Shown here: piece after piece, positions 44,474 to 58,800 of the stretch | How the letters are laid out: each line of letters starts with the position of its first letter | Numbering within the stretch: position 1 is the first letter of the stretch | Assembly (NCBI GenBank): GCA_051294375.1 | Contig: CM119265.1 | Span: 22,650,591 to 22,714,590 of the forward strand | Direction: 5' to 3' | DNA length: 64,000 bases | Source: Paraspadella gotoi | Lineage: Eukaryota; Animalia; Chaetognatha | The notes under the pieces: generated by a model | Databases searched by the model: none | Told to the model about the DNA's origin: nothing | The model's input: only the letters and a program-made list of their open reading frames with translations | Made by a program: the position numbers and the translations under genes

Positions 44474-47400
44474 ATGGATTCGGCTGTGGCCGACAACGAA
44501 GCCGCCACCCAGCACCTCAAATCCCTCCTTAATGTTGGACTCTTTGGCCCCTCGGTGACGACGACCAACGGAACCAATGGTATTGTGATTGTTTCATTGT
44601 TTCCGTTTGATAATCCACAAAGATATTGTTAAATCCTTTATAATTTAATTCTAGAGGAAAACGGCAACACGGGAGTCGGCGTTGCCCAAGATCTCGTCAG
44701 TTCTCTAAACGGCAGTGCGGAAGTTGATCCGTCGCTCTCTTCGAACTTTCCGCAGTCTCCATCGGCCCGTCAAACGTCAGTGTGAAATTAATTGGTCAAT
44801 TTAGACAGTAAATTGAAATATGATTTTTTTCCATTTTGTTCGCTTCAGAGAATGGGAGAGAATATTACTAACCGGAAGCGACGACGGAAACTCTTTCGCC
44901 ATTACGAGTCCGTTTGTGGAGATCGTGTCCTCGCTGGAGAAAGTCGGTCGCGTCTCTGGCAGCAGCAAGGTGGGGAATGATTCCGATTTTGTGCTCCTTT
45001 TATTTCCTTGTCGACTTGATGTTGGGAGCTAATTGTTCGTAGTTTCCTTTTTCTATTTCCTTCCGCGTTGCAGGTCAAGATCAAACCCGTCGTCAATTAC
45101 GACTTCGAACACCGATACTATCACGGGGACATGGTGGCCGTTCATCCGCAGGGAAACATCGTCGGTTACGTTTTGCGAGGTTCGTTCGAGAATCCCCGTC
45201 GTTGTTTACATTCGGTTAATTTAATTACCACAACTCGTTTCTTTTAGATTCAAAGGGTCAAGGCGTAGTTCGAGTGATTAGTCGACGGTCGTCCGATAGG
45301 CTTCTTTTAAAAGGTGAACTTCGTCATTTCCGTTTTTTGATTGAAGATTAGTTACTTAAATTGAGCTGGCCTTCCCATGATCGCGCCTCAGGTTTCCAAG
45401 GCCGCGTGACCGACCTCAACTTCAGTCACTCGGAGCAAGCATTGCTCGCCGCCGTCGACGAATTCGGCAATTTGCTCGTCTATGAGATCAACGAAGTCAG
45501 CTCTAAGGCGAGAATTCTTTTTAAAGGATTATTATTTAAGAAACATGACCCGCAGTAATTGTGAGGTTTTGTAACGTTTCGAACATTTTACTCATAGATG
45601 TCCTCCAAAGTCGTGATGGTGGTGGAGTGCGACGCAGCTTTGGGTCCTCCGTCCAACTACCACAGAGTTTTTTGGTGTCCCTATATTCCCGACGGTAATT
45701 CATAAATTAAATTAAGTGGAAAGGAAGGAGGCCTTGAACCGTTTCCCGCCCACTGTCCCTAGGCCCTGAAGATGTGGAAGTTGAGGACGTTCTCGACGAC
45801 GATGCCCGCCTTGACGACGCCCGCAAGCTGCTCGTGGTGACACACAACGAGCGCGCGGAGATGTGGCACGTCGACTACGTTTCCAGGAAGCACGGCCCGA
45901 AACCGCTTAAGGCGCATAACGTCGAGACCGGGCTGTTGAAAGTAAAGAAAACGAAAAGAAACGCTTTCCGTTCATCTCAGTTATTTTTGCTTTTTCGTTC
46001 GTCAGGTTAACGCCCACTCTCAACCCATCACCGCCGCCACGTTCGCGCCCGACGGGACCGCGTTGGCGACGGCAAGCGAAGACGGCGAAGTCAAGTTCTT
46101 TCAAGTTTACTTGCAAGACCGCAAGGACCCTCGGTAGGTTATTTATATTCTGTCCATTTAGATTATAATTCTTTTTCTTTACTTTTTATAATTATATTCC
46201 ACTTCTTTCAGATGTCTCCACCAGTGGAAGCCCCATGACGGACGGCCCGTTTCCACTCTGATATTCCTTGACGACCATCAAAACCCGAACCCGGATTTTC
46301 AGTTTTGGAAATTCGCCATCACCGGGTGCGATCACAACAGCGAGATCAAGCTATGGAGTTGCGAGACGTGGTCTTGGTAAGGATTCTCCCACTCTCCGTC
46401 CTAAGTTTTTAAAGTTTTTGTATATATCGCTTTTTAACTCTAAACTTTCCGTTCCCTCCATGCCCTTCACTCTTTTCCTCCCATAGTCTGCAAACGGTCC
46501 GATTCTCCCCGCCGCCTTCGTCCCCCGACTCTCCTAAACCAGAGATAAAAATCGTCGCTGATCTTTCCTTTAAGTTTCTCGTCCTTTCAGACGTTAAGCG
46601 CAAGGTCATTTACGTCTTGAAAACTCAGCAGGATTGGGAGAGCAACAACGCCGCCTTCGTTTCTATAAGGTGAGGACGCACTCCGCACTATTTTCACGGA
46701 GTCTTCGACCGAATAATTTGAACTTTTTTTCCCTTTTCTTTTTCCTAGTGAGTTCGGCCTAACCCAACCCGCCCTCAGCTTTTGCGTTTACAGCTTGAGT
46801 CTTCGCCCCGTCAAGCGGCCTCTCTCCGCCTTGACCTCTTCTCATGGTTAGTGTTATCTGTTGTCTTTTCGATCTTGCAATTTTTCTCATTTCTCTATCA
46901 CCTCTTTTTTACCTACTAAGGGACTTCGGGCGACCAAGAAAATTCTCAGGACGAAGGAGGTCAGACTGACGTCGCTGCCGTTCTCAAACTTTACTCGATT
47001 CACACGAAAACCATACAGGTAAAATTGAAAATTCGCCGCAATCAACGGTTATTTTCTGACTCGCTTTTCTCTAAAGGAATTGCAAATACAATGCGATCCA
47101 GAATCTGCGGCTCAAACTCAGAGCAGAGTTCCCTCGCAACCATCATCGCAAGAGGATGTCGTTTCACTTCACGATGGTAAACTGATCTTGCCTCTAATAA
47201 TAAGCAATATTATTGAGTCAACCCTCCAACAAGTTACTGTTTTTGCTCAGGTCTGACCGATATCTCCAGCTTGGACACAATGTCGGATTCCGACGGGCAG
47301 TTACCCTCATCGGTAAAAATTAAGACCGTCGGCATCGCGAAAACAAAGTCATCTCAGCCCGACTTTTCGCCCGATGCCTCTTACTCACCCTTGGCGACCA

Positions 47401-50400
47401 TTGCCTTACCTGCCACGGAAGCCGTTTCCGCTCCGATACTCATGGCACCCGATGGTGAACAAATAGGTTCCACTTATATATTAATTATATCTCCGTTTCT
47501 ATATTTCTTGCCTTCTCACTTTGGGTTTTAGCCTTTACGTCTCCGAGTAGTCCGAAAAGGCCAAACAAAGAAAATCTGACGTCGCCCAACTTGTCGTCCA
47601 TCGCTCCTCCGCCGTCGCACATGCATCCTCAAATCGCGAATCCCGGTACATGATTTCAAAGCTTTTCCCTTTCCAGTTTTCCGATGTGTATCTACAATCT
47701 GTAATTAATGTCAAATTATTTCCCAGCTCTCGGAGAATCTTCTAATCTTTCGGGAAGTGGAAGCACGCTCACGGGCATCACTTCCCTCGCCTCCACCGCG
47801 GACGAGACTCTCGAGACGCTGACTCCGTTGACCAAACCTTCTCCTAGCGCCACTCGTGATCGCGAGGGAGAGGCGGACATCCTCGGACTGCGGAGAGTCG
47901 TCACGCCCACTAAGAGGACCGTGCAAATAACTAGCAGATCGGACGAGGAGGCCAGCGTATCGTCGAGCAGGTATTGACTTTTATTATTTATCATAATTTG
48001 CTCTTTAAATTGTGGCTTGTAATTTTCTAGTCATAATTTGATCCTTGGTTTCATTTATCGCCCAATCATTGCGGTATTTTTTTCCTCTTAGAATTTCTTC
48101 ACAACTTGAAAAGAGGTACATATTAAAGAAGAGAAGAGGACCGAATTTCTCTTTTAATTCGCAGATTTGTACAGATTTAAAGTTGCAGAAGGGGGAAGAA
48201 ATAGGGGGAAGAGTTGACCGGCAGAATAATGTAGCCACCTACTATATTAATTTTGCAATTTTTAATCTCTATCAAATCTGTACCCTGCTTATTCGTGGTG
48301 TTGGGTGTTTTTTAAAAATCTTTTTCGCGCGGGAGATTAGTCTAAATTGGCCACCAGTTTTACCAAATGAAAACGAATCCCCCAATGTTCCTTCGATTTC
48401 CAAGTTGCCTCGATTCGACTCGGTGAACATCTTAGCTTCTCTCGCAAGCTCAACCTATGTCACACACGATCTTTTGTCACACGTCTCTCCCTTTCCCTCT
48501 CCCGCAGGTCTTCCTCGACGTCGTTGGAAGTGAGCGAGATTCTTCAAGGAGGCAAATCGGTCGAGAAAAAGCTGGAAGAGGGTCAGTTGGAGGCGACTCT
48601 GCACGCCCCTGGTCCTGCAGGGGATGGGGTAAGTAGAACTCATCCACGTTTTTTATTACAAGTTGCTGAAGACGAGCCTCGTCTGACAAGGTGTATGTTT
48701 TAAAATCCCGTTTGCCAAGGGCCCCGATGTAGAGATTGAAGAGGAGGAGGAGGACGAAACGACTCTCCGACAATCGACAGAAGAGGCCGCCGCCACCACC
48801 GCCGCCGCCGCCGCAATCGTCGCCTCCAAACCGCAGGAGGACGCGATGTTCGAAAATTCAGAGGATGACGACGACGAGGATGACGCTTTGGCAGCGGACG
48901 GCGGCGACGAAGACGAAGGCGACGATGACGACGACGATGTCGTCGTAGCGCCGAGAGAAGTCTCGTTTAAGTGCTCGGCGCCGCCTCATCAGCCACCGCC
49001 GCCGCAGGTGGAAGAGAAGGCTCTTCCGGCGGCGAAGGCTGCGCAACCTTCCGTCACTCATTGGCCCAAGGCGCCTCTAATCGACGTGCCGAAAGAGGCC
49101 AAGATTCATCAAGGTTAATCGTGTGAAATCCATGTCTTTTTTGGTAGAAGCTAAATAATAGTGATTATTGCCGTTAAAAGTTTAAAGTTTAAAGTTGAAA
49201 AGGCAAAGCATCAAACCCAGTTTTTCAGCGCAACTCGCAAAGTGTTCTTTTGTTTTTTAGCCCCAAAAGCAAAATCGGACCAAGTAGTGGGCGAAATCCA
49301 TGCGACGACCACGGGAGCCTCGTCTCTCTATCGAGCCGCGGCCGGTGAGTGCAAGTACCGCCGTGAAAGTGTTGGACATAAACTTTTGCTTTTCACGATT
49401 CGCAACTTTGTACTTTTCATCCCGATTTTGCATGACCAGCCCCCGTCCCGGTTCCGCCCGGTATGAGCCTCGACAACCCGGGCTTCAGCGAGACGAGCGA
49501 CCGCGACGACGAAGAGGAAGAGGAGGAGAGCTACTCCATCTCGTCGACGTCGAGCAGTCCGAGAACGAAACAGAATCAGCCGCGGCGGGAGAAGCGGACC
49601 GTCAAGCTGGATCACGGCGGAGGCGCGGGTTGGTAGCGACACGATTGTTTTATTACGAAACTATTTTAATAATAAATTAATGTTTTTTGGATATATATAA
49701 TTTTATTTTGCTGTCCCCTCTTGACTCCTTTTTTTTTTCAATATTCACAATACTTCACAGTTCCGAATCGACTTCCCGCCGTAGGGTCGGAAACCATAGC
49801 GCCAGCGCAGCTTCCAAACTACGCTATGTCTGTAAAACCGCTGATGTCGACCATCAATGACACTGTGCAATCGATTTTGGAGGCGTTGCAGAGACAGCAA
49901 AAAGACATCCTGAATCTTCAGGTCTTTCTGCCAGATATTTAAAAGATGGAGACTGAAGGGACCTTGTGATCCAAATAGTTTTATAATCAGTACTCATTAC
50001 TTATTTTCAGGTGCAAGTGAATTCAGCCAGGAACGAATCGCGGACGGAGGCCCGAACAGCTGTGCAGTCCTGTTTGGAAGAACTCGAAACTAATTTGGGT
50101 CAAAAGTAAGAAAATGTGATGTTATTGACATTATTTAGGTCAAAAGTTTAAAACTGTTTTTTTTTTTTTTTTTTTCAGACTGGACAACGCGGTGGAGCAA
50201 CTTCGCGAAGTGCATCAGGAACGGCTTTACGCGGCCATGACAGACCTGGCCGCCTCGCAAGCTGCCGCCGCCGCCGCCGCCGTCAATAAGAGTAACAACG
50301 AGGATCAAACGGCAGCGAAAGCGCAACAGGAGGCGCTCTTATCGACCGTCAATCACACTCTCTCCTCCACTGTTGCCGGAAAGATGGAGAGGGCAGTTAA

Positions 50401-52110
50401 AGAAGAAGTCAAAAAGTCTTTGGTTCCCGCAGTGAAAACCTCTATGGAACCCGTCAAGAACATGGTTCAGGTTCGGCCGTTGGAGCTATAGCGGCCACTT
50501 CCGTCTCTTACTCTTTTCATTTATTCTTTGCGCTTCCGTTTCCTACTTTGTTTCATTTACGTATGTCTCTTTACTTTTAGACGGAACTGTCTCAGAAACT
50601 GACGACGACGGATCACGCATTGCGAGAAAGTGTTTCGAAGATGGTCCGTTCGCGACAAGCGGTCGAAGCCATCGGTCAAGCCGCTGGACAGGCGCTCCAA
50701 GCCCCTATTCAGGTAAAATTTTTTTTTTTTTATAATTATTTTTTTTTTTTTTTTTTTTTATTTCAGTCAGTAATTTTTTTGGTTTGATTTCCCTTTCAGG
50801 CGTCCTACCAAGAGGCTTTTAAAAACCACGTGATTCCAGTATTTGAGAAAGCTTGCAACAACATGTTCTTACAGATAAACGGATCTTTTCAAAAAGTAAG
50901 TCATTATTCTAAAATAACCTTGTGATAAGAGATTAGCAAAGAGAATTTGTTTTTGTTTCAACAACGATTTTATTTATTATAAGTCAAAATGTCAAAAATA
51001 TGCTTATGAAGACTCGTACTCGAGTCGAAACATGTCTGTCTCATAATAAATAAAATCGTTGTTGAAACAAAAACATTCTTTTTGCTAAAAAGTAAGTCAA
51101 ATTTTGGTAAGACCATATCGTTATTAGAAAAAGAATCTTTTATCAATTTTTTTAGGGTACCCGAGAATACATGCAAAACATGGAAAAGGAGTTGACTTCA
51201 CTTCGTAAAAAGCACCTTGATCAAAGGGACCCCATCGTTAGCCAGCTTCAAGCAATGTTGGAGGAACTGACTAAATCTCAGCAGCAGTTGTTGCAGACGA
51301 ATCAGGAAATCATTCAGGCGACCCTTAATCACAACATGGAACAACTCCATCTTACCATTCAGGTAAGAGACACTATTCGTTGCATTCATTATCTCTTCCA
51401 CATTTCGTCTAACCCCTCTGCCCTCCACAGGCCAGTGTCCGTGATTGCGTTCAACATTCGGTCAAACAAGAATTCAACGAAGCCCTGACGCATCACCACG
51501 CGCAGCTGGCTGCTATGATCCAGTCCACCGACCACTCGGGTCTTCTGCGGGCGTCGGCCCCGACTCCGGTCGTCGGCGGATCGACGCACGATCACCTCGA
51601 TCCGCAATCGGTCGTGCGCTCTCTTCTCCGAAAGGGCGAAATCAACGCCGCCTTCAAGACGGCCCTCTCCACGGCCGACCTCAGCGTCGTTACCTACCTG
51701 TGCACGAAAGTCAACCCCCGAGAAGTCTTCGCCAGCAGTTCCGGGGCGCCATGTCCGCTAACCCAACCGGTCATCCTCTCCCTCGTGCAGCAACTCTCCG
51801 CCGATTTGGCGGGATCGGATCACGCCGACCTCAAACTCGATTTTCTGAAGGAAGCCATCATAGCTCTGGATGCGTCTCACCCTGTCACCTCGGAACACCT
51901 CAACACGATCCTGCCCACGATCATTCAGAACTTGCAGGTTAAACGCGTAGTTTATCGCTACATAATGAATAATATTTTTTTTTCCATTTTCACTTTTAAC
52001 CTGAATCTACTCGGATGTCACTTTCGATCCTTCAGGCATACATCACGAATTTCCCGGAAAACAAAAACTCGAAGATTGTTTTGATGATGGCCAAGTCTCT
52101 CCTCAATTGA
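44474..52110 (+). CDS. EDC4: Enhancer of mRNA decapping 4 (Ge-1)
   Basis: ATQHLKSLL, KVKIKPVVNYDFEHRYY, FAPDGTALATASEDGEVKFFQ, CLHQWKPHDG, FWKFAITGCDHNSEIKLWSCETW, AFKTALSTADLS, LTQPVILSLVQQLSADL. Confidence 0.95.
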
Positions 52111-52857
52111 TTCAGCTTACCATCTTTTTTTTCGTTGCGTTTTTGACTCGTGAATTACGTAAATAGACGTAGTTCAGTAGCTTTATACTGAAATAATGTG
52201 TCGCTTTGTGAACAAAAGTGATTTGTTATTGACTTTCTCTTGACAACTTATCCACTGTGATTGATAGGGAAAAAATTGTGCGATTCACCGGTCGGTGGTC
52301 CTCCCCTATTAATTTTTATATTGCTCTTTTTTTGTTTCTTTTTTTAATTTAAAATTTGTTTATTGATTTATTTTGTTAACCGATGTTTATTTTGTTTTCT
52401 TTCGATGACAAGATCGTCATCGAGGGCGTTGACCACAGCATAATGCATATCGTTTAAAAAATCGCAGTTTTTTAGATTGTGCCCCAGCATTATATAATAC
52501 TAATTCGTATCTGGGAGGCTTCCCGTTTCTTTAATTTCGATTTTCTTTTTATACTTTCTCGCCACGTATAATGGACGCGATCAGCTTAGTAATCAAGGTT
52601 TCACTTTTATTACGATGACGGAACAATCACGCCGGTCTCTTGAGATAAAAAAAATAAAGCTTTAAGTTTAGACATCAAATTTCTTTGTCTTGCAGCGAGG
52701 ATAAAAAGCCCGAATCCTCAAACGCCCCGATAAAATTTATGTACACTCGAGGTTTGCTTTTCAAATGGAAACTTCTATGAAATATATACATTTAATTTAC
52801 TGTAACGATGACGCTATTAACAAAAAACTGAAGGGATAGGGATCTTTCCCAGCGGCC

Positions 52858-55800
52858 ATGTTCGAAGGGTTCGTGGCCTGGGTTCTCAATACGTACATCG
52901 GGGCCTACGTCGATGATCTCAATACCCAGGATTTGTCCTTCGGGATTTTGCAGGGTGAGCTGAAGGAATTTGAATTAAACATTCTTCGAGGTTAATTTCA
53001 TCTTTCTTATCTTTTGCTAAACCCTTTTATCTCCCCCGCTTTTCTGCGGATCTGATTCTGCAGGTTTTTTCGAGCTGCACAATCTCCCACTGAAAAAAGA
53101 TGCTCTCCGCAAGTTGGATCTTCCAGTTGAGATCAAGGCGGGAGTCGTGGGCAAGATACGCTGCGAGATTCCTATCCGGGCCCTTCGATCCGAGCCATGG
53201 ATCATTTCGGTGGAAGGTTAGAACAGAGCTGCTTTTGAGATGACAAGAAAAAACGAATGTCGTTTATTTAGGACTGTGTAGAAGAATGTTCTAAGAATTA
53301 AAAAGCGATTTGTGCTTTGAACGGATTTTTCGCATTATTCCTCAAGGAGTCTATTTGGTAGCTGGTCCGCCCAGACGTCCCCCCGCTCGTGACGATGCCG
53401 AAGATGACCCCCATGCGGCGGGAACTCTCTCCGGAGAAGAGGAAGAAAAGACTGGAGACATGGAAAAAAAGAAGGCTCTTCTCGCCGCCCACGAGGCCAA
53501 ATGGACGGCGGAAAACAGTCAAGAAGGCGAGTTTAGTACATATAATTCCGTTTGATTCGAGGTGAAAATTAATCTAAGGCGTTGTTTGCGTTGAGCAGGC
53601 TCTAAACAGGCCGAGGCGTCTTCTTCGTCTTGGTTTTCTTTCGGAACGGCCATGGTGGCGAACATCGTCGAGAACATACAGCTGGACATCCTCGATATCC
53701 ACGTCAGATACGAAGGTTTTATGACTTTAATTTTTAAGGCGTAAGACGCGCTTCACTTTCTATGTACTCTACGTACTCACTTTTTTTATCGTATTTTCCC
53801 CCGGGTTTTCAGACGATGTCAGCGATCCTTCTCGAAAACCATTCGCCTTTGGCCTCACCATTCGCCAACTCAGTACCAAAAGTAAGTCTCGATCACTTTT
53901 TTTGTGGCTTTTATTTTGTTTTAACTTTTATGAATCAATTGGTTAAAAGTAATTTCTTCCCTCACAGGCACGGACGTTAACTGGTCCCCGCAATTCGTCT
54001 CCCATGCAGCGACGGACATCATGCATAAAATATGGCGCCTCGATGATTTTTCCGTCTACCTTGACTCCGACGTGGAACTGATCGTTCCCGTTGGCTCCTC
54101 GTCGGAACCGGGAGACGAAAATGGCGAGATTTTGGCCTCCCCGAAGCAGCTCGTCCAGAGGATGAGAGAGCTGGAGTCAAAAGCAGTGTCCGGCTCCAAA
54201 CCCCACTCGTACGTTCTGGGTCATATCAGCCTCGAAGCGAAATTAAAACGAAACATATCAGAGCTTCCGCTCAAACATAGGTAATTCGCGGTCGTCGAGG
54301 ATGAGTTCATGGTTCCTTCAAAGTGTACATTCAATTATTTAGCTTCATTTCGCTTTGCTTGCCAGAACCTCTCCTCGAATCAACTGTGATATAAACTTGG
54401 AACATTTTACGATATCCTACACCGAGAAGCAGCACCGCCTCCTCCACGGCGTCCTCCGCGAACTTGAACGCAACAACCGCGCCTGGCGCTTTCGGCACCG
54501 GCGTCCCTGTTGCTCCGTCCTCCACGACCCTCGACGATGGTGGCGCTTCGCCATCGAAGCGCACTTGGATCGCATCCGGGAAAGGGACGAGCGGAGAACC
54601 CGAGACTTCATACTCGGACGGGCAAAGAGCAACGTGCTCTACGCTCGGGGCTACGCCCAAAAACTGACGTCTTACTACGGGACTGACTATTATTTGAGGC
54701 CGACGATGGAGGTTGTGGAAAAGGACTACTCCTTCGACGAGATCCGCGTCTTGCGAGAGGCTGTTCACGACCGAATAAGGAGAGACAAGAAAAGGGCGGC
54801 GACCAGGGTTAAAAAAGGAGGAAAGGCTGAGAGCGCAAATTTGGCAGCGGCGATGGCGGAGGAAACAGAGGCGGATTCAGTTCTCAGTGACGATCGCGCT
54901 CAGGCGCCCAATCCAGAAACGGCTCAGGTCGGCTGGATACAATGGGCCTTTCCTTCTTGGGGCGGGTGGGTGTCGCAAGATCCTGTTCCTCCTCTGGAAT
55001 GTCCTTCGCCTTCCAAGACTTCATCATCCGCGACGACTGCAGAAGAGGCCGAGCGTATCATAGAAGAGGAAGTGTGGCATATGGTGTCGGAGACGAGCGC
55101 CGAGAGCGCTTCTCTCTTCAAAAAAGACGTCGTCTTCGCCCATATAAACTTTTCCCTCGATGCTGGAACCATTCAACTCATCGGCGACAGGTCGACCTTC
55201 TCGACTTTAGATAAACACGGCCCTCCGTCTGGCCCGGCGCCCTCTTCCCAAACTGTTCTCGTCAAGTTCGACTTTTGCGACGTCGCCGTCGTCATGGAAT
55301 CGCGTCCCCGCACAGCGTCGTCATTCTTCTCTCTGCGTCTCGGAAGCGTCCTCCTGCAAGACCACTTGACCTCGCGGGCGCTCTATCCGGTTCTCGTGCA
55401 GTCGCAGGCGGCATCGCGAGCCGCCAAATCGCTCGGAGTCCGTCCCGGCGCCGGTGGGACCACGATGGGCGCCAGTTTGCCCAGGTCCGGTTCTGGGATT
55501 CGTCTTTCCGACCTCCGACCCTTGGAGGAAGAAGCGGCGAGTCAAAAAGAAGTTGACCCGCTTTTCGAATTCGTTTTCGAGAAGAGGCCGTTTTCTTCCA
55601 ACGCGCACTACGCTTTGCAGGTTTGGAAACCTACTGGATTTTCAATTTATTTTAGAAAATCTCATTCTCATTTACTCTTTCCTCCTTTCCCGTCTCCAAG
55701 GTTCGGACTAAGGCGATCGACATCGTTTACAATCCTCAAGTCATCCGCTACTTTTTCGCCAACTTCCTCCTCGCCCCTTCGATCCTCCTTCCGGACGAAG

Positions 55801-58800
55801 TGTTGTCGGAAGGGTTCGCACGGGCGCACGGGATGTCTGAAGGTCTAAGTCGCCTCGCCCTTCGCCGATACCAACTCCTCAAACGTCAGACCAAAGACGA
55901 ATTGCGTCACACCGTCGATCGACTCTTCGCCGGTGAAAGTCGGGAGACTCTGGGAAAGCGATGGGACGTGCATTTGGACATCTCCGCGCCGGTCATATTC
56001 CTGCCGGATAAATTCAGTGGAGACGTTGCCGCGATGGTACCGGGCAAGGATAAAGGCGTGGCGGAGACGGCTTCTCAAGCGACGGTGGTTGTAGTTGACC
56101 TGGGTCGTTTGAAACTCGATAATTATTGCCCGAACATTGTGGAGAAAAAAAATGAAATGCCGGAGGCGCCGGTTGAAGAAAAAGAGAAAACCAAAACGGA
56201 GACTGAGGCTGACGTGAGCGACGATGACGACGACGACGAAGACTTTTTGACGCCGATGTCGACGCCTCCAAGAACGCCGCCTAACTTGGAGGAGATGCAG
56301 GTCTCGGCTTCCACGACGACGACGACGGGAACGTTCGTTAGTCCGATGGAAGCTCCGTGTGGCCCTAGCGCGTTCGTTTCCCCCGCTTCCGAAGTCTCTC
56401 GTGTCTATTCTCCCTCCGTCGACAAGGAGCGTTTGACGGACGACGCGCTGCGGGAGAGAATCTATGACCGATACATCCTTCATCTCTCTCAGCTCCAGAT
56501 CCTCGTTGGCCGCGCCAAGGACGTCTTCGGCCTTAAAGCCCAGCGATCGTCGACGCCCAAATCCACGCCTCACTCGACGCCGATGCATATCGTGGATCGA
56601 TTCTCCATCTCTTTAACACTCGAGAGACGTCTTTTTTACACCTCCGACCCGACCTGGCCCAGCGTCACCATTTCCGGAACGCTGCCTTCTCTCGTCTTTC
56701 ACGCCAACGAGCAAAAGGTTGGAGGATAAAAAAGTTATGGGTTTCAATTTCAGTTCACTTAACCGAAGCATATAAACTTATAATTGCTTTCAGGTAAAAG
56801 CCATGCAAATGTGCTTGTCAAAATTGAGTTCGTCCGAAAGTTCGTCAGCCCCTTCTACTCCAACTTCTGTTCCTGAAAGACAAAAATTCGGAGGTAATAT
56901 AGGAGTGGGACTCAGGTTATGAATTATATATTATTTGTTACTTATATCTTCAGTGATAGTGCTCGCGCTGCCTTTCTAGTTTACCTGAGATTTATTACAT
57001 TAGCTAAATAACTAAATACAAATAAAAACATAATTTATCTTTATTATTATAATTATTGTTTATTTAATACAACTATTCAACACTTAATACATTGTGCAAG
57101 GACTTCAGAGATATGGGACTCTAACATGAGAGTACTTCCCTTGATCCAAGCTGACCATTGATTTCACCTTTGAATAATAAAGTATTTATGAGTTATGAAA
57201 AGGTCAGCCAGGATAGAGATAAACTCTCAATCATTAATGACATAATTAATCTATCAAATTATCACAAAATTATCTATGAATCAATTAAACTACTAAACAA
57301 TATAGAAAAGTAATGTAAAATCCAATTATATGCCTATAAATATTACAGTACAAAAATCAATTGGACTTAAAATGATTTACTACTATATGCAAATGAGATT
57401 GATGAAATCTCAATCTCATTTAGTATTATTCTAAGAATGTATCTCTTACAGTAAGCTTTTATAATATATTTTTATATTGGTTGTACCAATTTCATAAATT
57501 TAAATATTTATTTTTCTCTTTAAAAAGGCGATGTCAAACAGGGATCGACTTCTTTTTACAATGATGCTTCACTCTCGAAAAGTTTTATCAGCTTAAGGTA
57601 GTTCTTATTCAAATGTGATTGATGAATACTCTATCTCTTTTCGTTTAACCATCGTCTCGTGTTTTTCTTTGTCTAGCAAAACAGTCGACCGCGAAGTAAT
57701 GAAGGAATCCATTTTGGTTTTGGCGCAATTCAGCATTAGCCAAGTCTCCTTGGAGATCCAATCTCTGGGACGATCCATCTCCGAGTTGCAGGTTTAATAA
57801 TTTTCTGATCTATTAAATTGATTTATTTTAATTAAAATTAATTAATTAATTAAATAAAATCCCCGTTCCTAGATTTATGGCGTCTCGTCGCAATTTCAAA
57901 AGCGACCCTACGACACCAGCGTTAATCTCTCCGTCCAAGGTCTTCTTGTCGTCGACGCGATGCAGACCTTCGGCCGGGACTACGAGCTTCTGGTGGCCAG
58001 TCACAAGAACCTCTTCATGGATTCGCGATCCGGCACCATCCACGACAGCCCCATGTCTCCGCCGGGAACGCCGGATCAATCCTCGGTCACCGGCGCCGGA
58101 TCCCTCTGGAGTGGAGCATTCAAAATACCTTATTTGGGAGACGTATTCAGCGGAGTGGGCGGGTCGCAGACGGGATCCTCGAGAGGATCCGCGCAAGATT
58201 CTCCGGATCTCGGAAAATCCCATCCGTGGAGAATGAGTTCCGGTAAAGAATGTTCTTTTAATAAGATTTTTTATTGTTTCTCTCAATTTTAAATTTTCTC
58301 TTTGCCCAGGTTCGTCCGGGATGGCGAGTCCTCTCCGGGCCTCTCGACCAAACTCGCTTCCGTCGAATTCGCCTCGACCATCCTTGTCTTTCCCGCCGAA
58401 TCCTTTCTGTCCGACGGAGAACAACAAAGACGCTCTTATCTCCTTCGAATATATGGACGTCTCACCATTTTGTCCGACCAATACGGGTGAGGAAAGATAA
58501 CGATTTGTTCTTCTCAGAAAATCGTCATCATGTCGATATATTCTTTTCTTTTTTTTTAGACAATGAATGCCTCCACCTAGTCTCCGTTCAATTCAACACC
58601 CTTGATATCATCGCCAATCAAGAGACTTTTATGGAGCTCGTATCTTTTGTAAATCGTACTTTTGGTGGCGAGCCAGAAACAAAAGAGGCGTCGAAAAGTT
58701 TTCCGGGAGAAGATGTTACCGACTCTGCGGCGGCGCCTATCTTTTCGGCCGATTCGACCGATAATTATTCGCGGGAATTCGACGGCCTGACCCATCGTTT

